64,000 bases of DNA from Eukaryota sp. TZLM1-RC (Eukaryota; Protista; Metamonada: BaSk clade), in contig JAUPSS010000003.1 of assembly GCA_040285825.1 (NCBI GenBank), positions 3,658,001 through 3,722,000 of the forward strand. Reading direction: 5' to 3'. The notes beneath the pieces were generated by a model. The model was given only the letters and a program-made list of their open reading frames with translations. It was not told the DNA's origin and made no database searches. Below, piece after piece: positions 33,800 through 45,900 of this stretch. The stretch's first letter is position 1. The number at the start of each line of letters is the position of its first letter. Position numbers and translations under genes: made by a program.

Positions 33800-36700
33800 C
33801 AAACTCCCTGCACAACAGCAAGAATCTTCTTCGTCGAAAACAATTATGAAGCCTCAGAATAGTAATATTGCAATTTCGTTCTCCCATTCGACAACATTGC
33901 TCTTCTTCTAATGCAATAGACAATCAATCAAATAACTTAATTACTCGAAAAACTAAATCAAGACCAAAATGTTCCATTTGCGGAATTAATGGTCATAATT
34001 CAAGGACTTGTAAAGAAAATAAAATTAATGCTTTAAAATTCCAATCAGCTAAAAACGTGCTTAACAGTTGTTTTCTTGATTCCAACAATGCAAAACTTAA
34101 AGCTAGTAATCACAATGCAAAAAATTTTGAAGTATCATTGTCCGAATATTTGCAATTGTCTGATGATCGTGAAAATTCTGCTTCAAGCCACAATGATTCA
34201 AATTTTAATGTGAATACATGTCCTTTTTCCCAGAAATCCATTAATGAAGTCAATCACGGTAGACCATTGCTTTTTTGTCGATCCTGTAAAGCACAAGATA
34301 CTCGAAGAGCTCCAGTCAAGATTCCTGTTGAAATCAGTCCTGCTTCTTCAATCCCATTGTATGTTCAACTTCGTTCATTTACAAGTAAGTTGAAGAAAAA
34401 TGAATGGGACATAAGTAGTTTTTGGAAATTTTTTGCAAAAAAAATCTTATGTCAACAAAAATGCTGTCTAAAAACAAAATCCGATGCAAAAAGTCAAACA
34501 ATTAAAAAAACTATGTCTTCGAGGAAGGTACGGTGCTGGAGTTGAGTCAATATTTTCCTCTGATATTGCTAAACCAACTCTTGAAACAGTTGATAAATTA
34601 AAGAAGCTTCATCCTGAAGAAAATTTTGTTTGTCCAAAACCCAATATTTGTGAGTTTTGGACTAATAATCCAATTAATGCTTCTGAAGTTCTTGCTTTAA
34701 TTAAGAAGTTACCAAATGGTAAGGCTGCTGGACCATCAGGAATTTCGTTTGATATTTTAAAAACCGCCTGCAATAAGACACCTGAAATTGCAGATGAGTT
34801 AGCTTTTTATTTTCAACAATTGGTTTCATTGAAAGTTGTTCCTCCTCCTGAGCTTACTGCTGCACGTCTTATTGCTTTAGTAAAAGCTGGTAGTGATACT
34901 AAGCCTTCAGGAATTCGTCCAATTGCAGTAGGTGAATCTCTATCTCGTTTGTTTGCCTCAATTATTTTCAACAGAATTGTTAAAAAGGCTGGTAAATTTT
35001 TGTCGCCAATGCAATTTGGTATTCAAACAATTAATGGAGCGTCAGTCGCTGCTCTGACATCAGACTTGTTTTTTAACCTTAAAGAAAACAATTCTATTTT
35101 CAAGTTAGATTTTAGCAACGCTTTTAATAGTGTAAGAAGAAAAGCAATTTATGAAGTAATTCAAAAACATTTCCCTGAACTATCAAGTTATTTCTATTTG
35201 TTTTACGGTAAACCCAGTGATTTAGTATATGATGTTTTTTTCCTCAAGTCTTCATCAGGAGTAAAACAAGGGGATCCTTTAGGCCCATTATTATTTTGCA
35301 TAGCAATCCAAGAATCATTGATTGTTATCAATGAAAAATACCCTTTTCTAAAAATCGTAGTTTACATGGATGACATCTCCCTTATCGATCCTTTTAGTGT
35401 TGTCCAAAAAGCTTCAAATGAAATTGCTGAACAATATGAAATCATTGGTCTTCACTTGAATCCTAAAAAATGTTTATCAATTGGTAATGATTTCAAAGAG
35501 TATAAAATTAATAATTGTAAAATTCCTTTTACCAATTATTCACATGAAGCTTTTCGTTTTCTAGGATATTGGTTAAGAAATGTTGATGAAATTACTAAAA
35601 ATCTTAACGAAGTTGTTGCAAAACTTTGTAATGAGCTTCCATTAATTTCTGAATTAGAAATTGAAATACATATTAAATTTTTTATTTTAAAAATTTGTTA
35701 CTCCGGAAAATTACTCACTGATTGAGGTCGACAGTACCTTCATTGTCTATCGATTTTTGCCGATCATTTAATCAACTTCGTGCAACCTTCTTTGCTTCCT
35801 CACAAGAAGTGAATCCTGAGCTAATTCGAGCTCAATTGTTCTCTTCTTCACAATTCGGTGGTGTTGGCTTTACCAAATCCTCAATTCTTTGTCAAGCAGC
35901 TTTTGTTGGTGGTGGCAAAAATTTTATCTTTGAATTTGTTAATCGTTTCCCTGAAGATATTCATTTGCTTAGTCCATCATTTTCAAAATATTTGTTTGAC
36001 CTTGATGTTGCCATTAATAAAATTGCACCACAGATTTGGTGTCAATGTTTTCCCGACTCAGTTCAAGAGATTCCTCCACGAAATTTAGTTAATTTAAGGT
36101 ATTGTGTGAAGAAGCTTCAACAAAAACTGACAGTAACATTTGAAGGCTTGGATTATGAAGTACGTCTTGGCATGGCCAAGCACAAAAATCCCGCTTTTGC
36201 AAATTTTTTACTGAATGTTCGCGATAGTTCTGCTTCTTGTTTAATTAATCAAGTACCAAGAATTTATGGTTTGTTTCTCAATCACCCTTGCCTTTTATTA
36301 TCTATGCGTCTTCGATCCTTTATTTGGCCTGATAATCTTCCTCATGGATTAATTTGTAAATGTGGAAAGTCTGTCACTCCAGCCCATTTATTTAATTGTA
36401 ATCGATTTATTACTTTTAGATCAAAAGTGCATCATGCAGTTCGTGATCAGCTTTATTGTATGTTTAAATCCTACAAGTTTGAATCTTTTTTAGAACCTTT
36501 GCTTTCAAATTTGGCTGATGAATCTGACAGAAATTTTTTTTGGTCACAGCCGTGGTGATGTGCTAGTTCCCAGACTTGATGGATCAATGATCATTATTGA
36601 TGTCAGATCTACTGATGTATCAAACAGCTCAAATGAAAAACTGGCACAATCTTATAACTCACCTTTACGAAGAGCCGAAGAAGCGAAATTTATTAAGTAT

Positions 36701-37056
36701 ACAGAAAAAATCAATAATCTGAATTCCAACTCACATACTCAATACATTCTTTGTCCTTTTGCTTTTTCTTTATTGGGAAGCTTGGGTAAAACTGCGCTAT
36801 CTTTCTGGACGATTTCTCATCTATTGTCAAAAATAAAACTGGAGGAATATTTGACCGAACCTTTTGGCAAGACAGAATTGTATTTTCTATTTTTAAGGGA
36901 GTGTATAGTCTTGTTTCTAGCTCGTTGTTATCATTAGGAAAATTTTATGAAGAAAAAGCTTTAGGTAAGTTTTCTATAGTAGATGTGTTGTATGAGGAGA
37001 TTGATTTTTAATTTTTTTTATAATTTTGTTTGAATAAAATTTGTATCGAAAAAAAA
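33800..37056 (+). mobile_element. Near full-length CRE-like RT-RLE non-LTR retrotransposon (frameshifted)
   Basis: Zn knuckle CSICGINGHNSRTC; RT GIRPIAVGE, LDFSNAFNS, GVKQGDPLGP, YMDD; CCHC, HAVRD, RGD..DV..KY (RLE); AATAAA and A8 at 37049-37056. Confidence 0.92.
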
Positions 37057-37194
37057 CAATCTAGAAATCAATATCTTCAAAACAAGCTTCCACACTATCA
37101 AACCGTACAACGGCAATGTCTTGGTGATCAACATAACGAACAGGCTTCATCTCTTTGAAAGGATTTGCATAGTTCATCCGCTTGATTGTTTAAG

Positions 37195-37623
37195 TTACTT
37201 CAAAATTTTCGCTTTCACTACTCGTGATAATCTAATGAGGTCAGGTTGTTGAATCGGACTCATTCCAACTTCTTTCAGGCTTGTGTCAGTGGGTTTGATA
37301 ACATTGGTTTGAGACTGTTGTCTCTTGAACACCTCTGATCTCTCTCTTCCATCCAGAATGTCTTCAGCCAACAACAGAATATTTAATGCAGAATTAGTAT
37401 CTCGATTCCAGAAGGTTTTGCATTGATTACACTGCCTCAAACCCCATGGAACTACTTGACGAACTTTATAGTTGCCCAATTCATCCTTTTCCAAGAGCTT
37501 TGAAATTCGTTTTCTTATCCTCTTGTTGGTTGTACTTTCTAATGCTTCTACTAATTCCGCAATTGCTAGACGTCTTTGTTCATTCTTACTTATATCTATG
37601 ACTAGGTCTTGTCTTGATTTCAT
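37195..37623 (-). pseudogene. Fanzor1 C-terminal fragment (ZnF and RuvC-III)
   Basis: VPWGLRQCNQCKTFWNRDTNSALNILLLA...RERSEVFKR. Confidence 0.8.
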
Positions 37624-38929
37624 TGGTTCCTCTAATTTCTCCTTTACTTTTGCTCTCTTTTTTGCATTTTTCCCATTATTTGAATCTATATGTAACCTTG
37701 AATACTAGTGATCAATTCGGCCTACTTTGAGAAAATTACTTGATCAACCGTGTTCATGTTTGTCTCTTGAAATGTTTTGTCAGAAGTCAGCAGCAGTATC
37801 GAAACTGCATGTCCCCATAAGTGGTCTGTTGTGGGCTTTCACCATTCGGAAGTGATAACGTCGACGTCATCGGCTCTCTCACCGACTTTCTTGTGGTAAT
37901 GCAGTGTGTGAACTTCCCACAGTATTTACATTTGTGAATTCACTTCTGAAATTATTTATAACAAATATTTAGGTAATATAATATTTAGGTGAAATTATGT
38001 GAATCAACAGAAAGTAATGAAGAAGAATATTTGAAAAATCAGTTGATGGGGTTAGAAAGAGGCTATATAATTTTCTAAGCTTTGAAAGAGGCTTTGGGGT
38101 TCATCATAACCAAAGAAAAACAGAGGTTTATAAACAAGACTTAAACAAATCATATTCAGCACTAATGGTAATAAGTTTAATTGAAAAATGGTGTGATGCT
38201 TTCGTAAATCCATTAGTTTGGAGATATTGCATTAGCAATATATTGGATCAATTTTGTAGGGAATTAATACAATTATATTGAATGGTTGACAAACCAAAAC
38301 AATATTATTGTGATGCTGTACTGGAAAATGATGCGAGACATTTGGGCCATGCTGATCAAAATACCCAAATCCAAAGAAACATTAATTAGAAAAAATATCA
38401 AAGTACAAATTTACTCATTTTTCTCATTTCATCATCTGCACAGCAGTGTTATTCCAAAATTTCACTCACCGTTTCAAGGTTCCAAAGTTCGCTATTGCAG
38501 TGAAGGAACAGCTGCATGTGAAGGTTCTCACTTTTAACTAGTTTACGAGGTTAAGATCTAGTCCAAGTGGTTTCAAATGAGCAGAGACAACTCCTTGTTT
38601 GAGAGGTCTGTTGAGTCAACAGGGGAGTGGTATGAATGAGAAAATCGTAAATTTTTCAATACCTATAAAAGTACCCAATAATTCAATGCAATCGTTGTTA
38701 TAATTGACAAAGAGAACTTCTATTTTCACAAAAGAAATGCAATTGACATTTTGAGGGTCCAAGATCAAAGCCATTTGCACGAGCTAGAATTCCAAACAAA
38801 TACATTGCACTTTGAACTGTGTTAGAAGAACCCTTGATCTAGAAAAACAATCACTTCAAACAACATCGTCTGGAACAATTTTTCGCCAATACAGCGTTAC
38901 AGATAGATTTTGTGTTTAATTTAGTTTTT

Positions 38930-41900
38930 TTTCCTCCCACCCTTCATACCCTCTCTGTTTTTCGTTCGCTGTTGTACTTGTTCCTGTGGCTTTAAAAATG
39001 CATCACGCATTAAGTTCACCTGAGTGGGATCATGACGCTGAGTTTCGTAGCCGTCCCGTGATGGTTCCAACTTCACCTCACTCATCCCCTCTTCCTACAC
39101 CACTTTCTCTCTCTTCATTTTCGAGTAAAAAAATTCGGAATTAATATCACCAAAAAATAGTTTTTTCAGAAATCATTCCAAATTATCTCAGGTGCCTACA
39201 GATCCTTCTCCCTTAGGCCAAAACACTATTTCAAGATCCCAAAAAGCCAAAGTTTCAATGAAAAATTCTTTTTCTACTTCTGCTGCACATCCTAATAAAC
39301 TATCAAGAAAGAAAAGTATTTATAAATGTAGTTATTGTGGTGATTCGTCACATAATATTTTGACATGCAAAAAAAAATTAAAAGATACTGAGGAACTTAA
39401 TACAGAAAAATTTGTCATTGAATCGTCCTTACCAAATATTGAGCCTCAAAATTCAAACATATTTTCGGAAGATTTGAATTCTAATTTTTTACCTTATCTA
39501 ACGTTAATCATGATGTTCCTGTTCATGGTTCTAACACTTGTATTTTTTGCTCAAAAGCTTTCACTGAGTCAGTCAATGGTCGGCCAATTTTATTTTGTAA
39601 ATCCTGTACTGCCGTAGATACCTTAAGACCCCCTGTAAAAGTTCTTGTGGACACCAGCCCTGCAAGTTCCATTCCTTTGTCTCTTGAAATGCGAAAATTT
39701 TCTTCTCAATTGACAAATAATAATAATTGGGCCATAACTGATTTGTGGAAATTTTTTGCAAAAAAAGTCTCTTTTGAAGAAACAACATAAAACGGGACTT
39801 TCAACGTCATGTGCACAAAAAACCAAATTGGCGAGAAAAATGTGTCTTAGAGGTCGCTATGGTTCAGCTAAAAAATCTATTTTCTCCTCTCAATTGGCTG
39901 AGCCTTCTGATGACACAGTAAGTGAATTGAAAAACCTTCATCCTGCAGAAAATTTCTGTTGTCCGAAGCCAAGAATTTGTAAGTTTTGGACTGATGCTCC
40001 GATTAATTCATCTGAAGTACAGACTGCTATCAACCATCTTCCTAAAAACAAAGCAGCAGGTTTTATCCTTCGTTTGATGTTTTGAAATCCGCTTGCAGGA
40101 AAGCTCCAGAAATTTGTGATGACCTTGCAGAATATTTTCAAAATCTGGTTTGTCTCAATACCATTCCTCCGACTGAATTACTAACTGCTCGATTGATTGC
40201 CTTGGTAAAATCTGGAAATGGTAAGAAGCCAGATGGAATTCGTCCAATTGCCATTGGCGAATCAATTACTCGTCTTATTGCATCAATTGTCTTTAATCGT
40301 GTTGCTTCCAAGGTTGCAAAATTTTTAGCACCTTTTCAATTTGGAATTTAAACAATGGATGGTGCATCAGTTGCTGCTTTGACTTCTGATTTATTTTTTA
40401 ATTCTAATAATCGGAATTCTATTTTCAATTTAGATTTTAAGAATGCTTTCAATTCTGTACATCGAAGTGCAATTTATGATATTATCCAAAAAGAATTTCC
40501 AGAATTATCCAGCTATTTTTATTTATTTTATGGTAAAACTGGAGAACAAATTTATGAATCTTATACTCTATTTTCGACTTCTGGAGTTAAGCAAGGTGAT
40601 CCCCTTGGGCCATTACTCTTCTGTTTAGCAATTCACAAGTTTTTGATTCATTTAAGTAATCGTTATCCGATGTTGAAGATAGTAGGATACATGGATGATA
40701 TTTCAATTATTGGTCTTTTAAATGTTTTAAATGAAATCGCTTCCGAAGCCTCACTTTTTGTCAGAGATATTGGTCTTTTGCTTAATGCCGACAAGTGTCT
40801 CCTCATAGGAAATGTAAAAGATAGATTAACCATTGATGGTGTTGAAATTCCTTTTCTTAACTATTCCTCAGATGCATTTCGTTTCCTAGGATGCTGGCTT
40901 GGAAATGTTCCAAAAATTACTGAAGAATTGAGTAATCTTTTGATGAAATTGGGTTCTGAACTTGACACAATTTCGTCATTTGAAATTGAGAAACATATTT
41001 AGTTTTTTATCTTAAAAATTGTTACTCCGGTAAAATTACTCACATTTTAAGAACAACATCTCCTGATATTTCACGTGAGCTTTGCCACTCATATAACTAT
41101 TTGAGAACAACAATTTTTGCATCTTTGATTGATGTCAATCCTGAACTAATTCGAAGTCATGCATTTTCACCATCTAATTTTGGTGGAATTAATTTCACTA
41201 CATCGTCTATTCTCTGTCAAGCTGCTTTTCTTGGTGGAGGGAAAAATTTTGTTTTTGAATTTTGCAACCGTTTTCCCAATGATGTTAATTTATTTTTTTT
41301 TCAATATAATATTTATTGAATTTGCACACTTAATTAAATTAACTCATAACTAATGGGACGACTATCATTGAACCAAGCTTTCCTCTACAAAATCTTGATC
41401 TGCTTGCTGTCTAGCTAAAGCTTCTCTTATTCGATTGAAAAACCGTGGTAATCTATTAATAATGGCAAATTGAATCCGTGAACGCCATAAAAAAATATCA
41501 AATCTTTTCATTGTTTTTTCTTGCACCATCTTTTGGAAGTCATTCAAAAAAGTTTCTGCTTCATCTGATAATCTTCCATTTATCGAAAATGGGAAAGCAA
41601 TAAAAACCAGCTGTGTATTTCTATCGACATTAGCCTCTTCAATATCTTTATCATATTTTCCATGTTTCTCTTTTGCTTTAAAATCCAGAGCAGCCACAGG
41701 ATTAAGTTTTCTTCTGTGAACCAAAGTATCATTTGCAACATTACATGAGACAAAGTCAACAATAGCTTCAGAATTGTCAATCCAATCACAGTATACATCA
41801 CCTCTATCATCAGAACCAAAATTATTCAGAGAAAGTGTTTCCTTCAGCAGGGGCTCTTTGATACACGATATTCTTGCAGTTTGTGCCATATTGAAAACAG

Positions 41901-42885
41901 TGTCTCTAACAGCATCATGTAATGAAGAACGATAAGTTATCAATTTAGAGTAATTCAGAGCATGGCGCAAAGTGAGTTGAGGTGAATTCGAACAAATACA
42001 TTTTTCTTTTGATAATAATTGATTAATGGGGATATTCAAATATAATCTCATTTTTGTTACAAATGCTTCATTAGTGGCACACAATCCAAATCTTCGTGGT
42101 ACAATGGTTACAAAAAGTGAAGAAGTTGATGACTTATTTTCACAAACACCCTTTTCCAATAACAATGAGTGAAGAACTTGATTTAAAACAGCCGAGCTGC
42201 ATATATTATTATAAAGATCTTTTTCATACATTTCAGTCAATCGTTTCATAAATGTAATTGTTATGTTAATTTATTGAATTTTACAAGCAATTATCTAAAA
42301 GACCTACAAAATCCTCTTGATTGTTTGCCCCCTGAAATATGGGGTAAATGTTTTCCCGACAATGTGCAGGAAATACCATCTAAAACACTAGTTAATTTGA
42401 AGTATTGTGTTAAAAAATTGCAACAAAAGTTAACAAAAATTTTTGAAGGCTTGGATTTGAATGTTCGTCTTGGCTCGGTCTAAAAAAGATAATCCCGTTT
42501 TCGCAAATTTTTTTTAGATGCCCAAAACAGTTCCTCTTCGTGTTTAATTACTCAGATTCCTCAAATTTATGATCTTCTTTTAGATGATACCGAATTTTCT
42601 TGTACAATGCGTCTTCGTTGTTTCATTTGGCCTGATAACGTGCCTCATAATTTAATTTGTAAATGTGGATCAAAAATATCACCAAATCATCTATTCAATT
42701 GTAAACATTTTATTACTTTCCGATCAAAAGTTCATGAAGATGCAGTAAGAGATCAACTCTATTGTATGTCAAAATCACATAGAATTGTTTCCTATTTAGA
42801 ACCACTACTCTCCCGTTTGGTTGATGAAGATACTTTGAATTCTTTTGGTCGAAATAGAGGTGATTTAATGCTTGAAGGTCTTGAA
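38930..42885 (+). mobile_element. CRE-like RT-RLE element (stops and frameshifts) carrying a nested insertion
   Basis: CSYCGDSSHNILTC; GIRPIAIGE, LDFKNAFNS, QGDPLGP, YMDD; CCHC and RGD. Interrupted at 41295-42262. Confidence 0.9.
41295..42262 (-). mobile_element. 5'-truncated family A retro-insertion with poly(A) and 13-bp TSD; open 294-aa CCHC-RLE ORF (41365-42249)
   Basis: atgttaatttatt at 41282-41294 and 42263-42275; T-run at the 3' end; LHDAVRD, RGDV..DF..KxxKY. The host frame FPNDVNL|LNFTSNYL is restored on removal. Confidence 0.9.
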
Positions 42886-42971
42886 GACATGTTTAATAAA
42901 TATTGAAATAAATAAAAATTTAAAAAAAAGATTTTGCGTTTTGCAAATTTTCCGCCAAAACTTCTGAGTTA

Positions 42972-45900
42972 ATGTCATCACTCAACTTGTGCTTCTTACT
43001 TCTCATCAGTTTCACTCTAGTTGCTGCGCATCAATGTTCTGGATATCGCAACTTCACAGTGAGTTTTTTGTCACCAACATGTGGTACGGTCATTGAAGCT
43101 AGTGAATCAGTTCCTTTCTCGATCAGCTTTCAGTTTTCCTGTACGTATTTGCAAATCGGAAGCAATGTGCTTGATCTTGATGTTGATCTTGATGTCGATC
43201 AGTTCCCTGAAGCAATGTCCTTATTTTGTTCACCAGATTTAACCGATAACCAAACCAATATTCTGAAGCCTCTTGGTGCCAGCTTTTATCCTCAATCACA
43301 GGACGGAATCACCACAGTCGATGTTCAATTTGATCTTTATGCACTACCTGACCTGGATCAAACAAGCTACCAATGTTTTTTCGATCTTCAAGAGTGGCAA
43401 TGTGGAAACTCCCTTCTACCTCGTACCAGCTGGTTTTCAATTGTTGTTGATAACTTGGGTTCAGCAACGGAACTGAATTGTACGCCTCCTCTTTCTGATG
43501 TACTTTGCTCACCTTATCCAGATTTTGGACTCAGTCTGCCGAATGATTTCTTTGATAAGGACCGCAGCAATTTCAGCAGTTCTTCAATCGGCGTCTTTGC
43601 TTCGTTGACTGAAGCTAATACAGTGCTCATAGAACTTCATGGATCTCTGACTACGTCTGAAAAACCTGTAGGTATTGACATTAATCATTTTGAGATCGAA
43701 CAGGTAAAGTATCTTCTGGACGACTCTTCTTTAATTACAGTACAATCTCAACTTCACAATCCTTTGAATACATCTCTTCTTTGGTCACACGGAAGCAATT
43801 TGTTACTATCCTTCAGTACCACCGAAGGAACTTCATCTTCAAATCAGCATATTCAGCTTTCCTCTCATGAAATTCAACCCTTGTTTGACGCTCTTGATAC
43901 AAGCACCCTTAGGATAAGGTGTGTAGAGGAACGCGTGTTCTTGCCCTATTCCACTTACGATGACGATGACTACCGATCTTCACTCAACGCTTCCTTTCTA
44001 GAACAATATATTCAATCCAATAATCCGCCTAGTGGGTATTCAGCGTTCTTCACCTTCGATAGCCTTGCCGTTTCTTTTTTTTATTCAGACACAATTTGGA
44101 CAGCAATTCTGCCTTCCCGTTTTTGTCCAACGGGTTCTACTGCTTTTAGGTTTTCTCAACTATTGGAACAGTCGGATGGTGAAGCTTTCGCGTTTCAAAA
44201 TGGTGACAGTTTTTTCTTTTTTGATTTTACCGAAATATTTTCTGAACATACACTTAAGTTCTCTCTTTTTCACTCCACTTTTGGAGAATTATTCACAAGT
44301 ACTTTTTCTCATGACAACAACTACAAAAGTAAAGATGCATTTAATTCCACATTTAGCTCAAACTTCACTACTAACCTCTTTAAATTCTTGGATCAAGATT
44401 ACCCTGCTGTTGCCTTGTCGAGTGATCTTCCCCTTGGTGATATAACTGATCACATTAATGATCTTGTTTTTGTACCAAAAGAGGCTATTGAATTAGGGGA
44501 AAATTGTGGAGGTCTATTCTACAGTCCAATTTCTTGGTGGCTGGAGTTTGATTGTAATTCAAAAAGTTCATGGCAGTGTCTCCGTAATGGGGTTGGAAGG
44601 TTAAGTCATGATCCCAGTCTTAGGTTTGGAAATATGGTTAAGAATTTTTCTTCTCTTTTTGAAGGTAACCTGGATGGAGATAAGTTATTCCATATTGAGA
44701 GAACAACTGATTCTTTAACCATGCAATTGAATCCTATTGATCCAGATGATGTTATTTTCTCCTTTTCCTTACATCGTGACGATTTGACCTTTAAGCAACC
44801 ATCTGTTGGTGATTTTGGTGTTTCGGTTTCAAACATCAATGGATCTTTCATTTCTGTTGATTCGTTTGTTTACAATGTCGGAACTTTGAATGATTCAATA
44901 ACCATTTCTCTTGAATGTGATTCTGAATTTGTTGATTCTAGTGATCCTATTTCATCCCATCTCAATCCATCAGAAGCTTTATATCATTCTTTCATATTAG
45001 CCTCAAATGGATTAATTGATCAAACATCCATTAATTGCAAAGTGTTTTTTAGCTTTTCTCAGCTCCCCTTGTGGGATAATGATGACAAATACGCTGAAAC
45101 AGAATTCATTATTTACCCAATTGATTCATCTGCTTGTTTTTGACAGTGGTTTTTCTTTTATCACTGCTGATATAGGGAATTTTAACCTTTGCGATTATTT
45201 AGAATTACCACTATTAAAAATCCCACAATATCTTTTTGTTAACCTCACCATCCCTTCTCAATTCCCAGACCCGACTGCAAACCCCATTTTCAAGACAAAA
45301 TTCTGAGTTATTATACTATATCATTTGATAGTGACCACTTTACCTCCGATACATTAATCTCGCTCAAACTTGATGTTAATTCTTGTAAGAATTGTGAAGA
45401 CTATGGAGTCATTGTTGAACAGCAATACTTTAATAACCATGAAGTTGATGAATTGCTTACAATAGACAATCCTAATTCAATTTCTCTTGCTATTCTTGTT
45501 CCTTTTGTTGATCAAAAGTCACTCCACGTGACTTATACCATTGGTTTGCACAATGTAGATAATTGTATCTGTTATGATGAAGTTGAAACTAGTTTTCTAT
45601 TATCTACGTCAACTAATATCGAATGTCCTTTCATTGTTGATGCTCCCAGCCTTCAACTCCCAATGAATTCTGGATTGTGGATCGATGGAAATGTCTTTTC
45701 AAGTGTTGAAACAGATTTTGTTGATTTGGATAATGAAGTAGACTTTGGATTGTTTAATCTCAATACCCAGTCAAGTTTTGTACATACAATGGAGGGCTTT
45801 CTCCTGCAGAGAAGTAACATTTCATTTACACTTGTAAATCTTGGAGACGGATTGGCATCATCACGGTTTTCAATAGAAGTAATTACCTCAGCTGAATCCA

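Noticed and set aside
37900-38900. Unassigned AT-rich stretches (also 13400-14000, 23700-24050 and 49750-50650)
   Set aside because: Probably decayed TE fragments, but I could not support any motif.
45135-45295. Programmed frameshift or phase variation splitting HAP2-like copy 1
   Set aside because: Four single-base homopolymer indels netting to zero inside a near-identical duplication are better explained by long-read polishing error. Raw reads would confirm.
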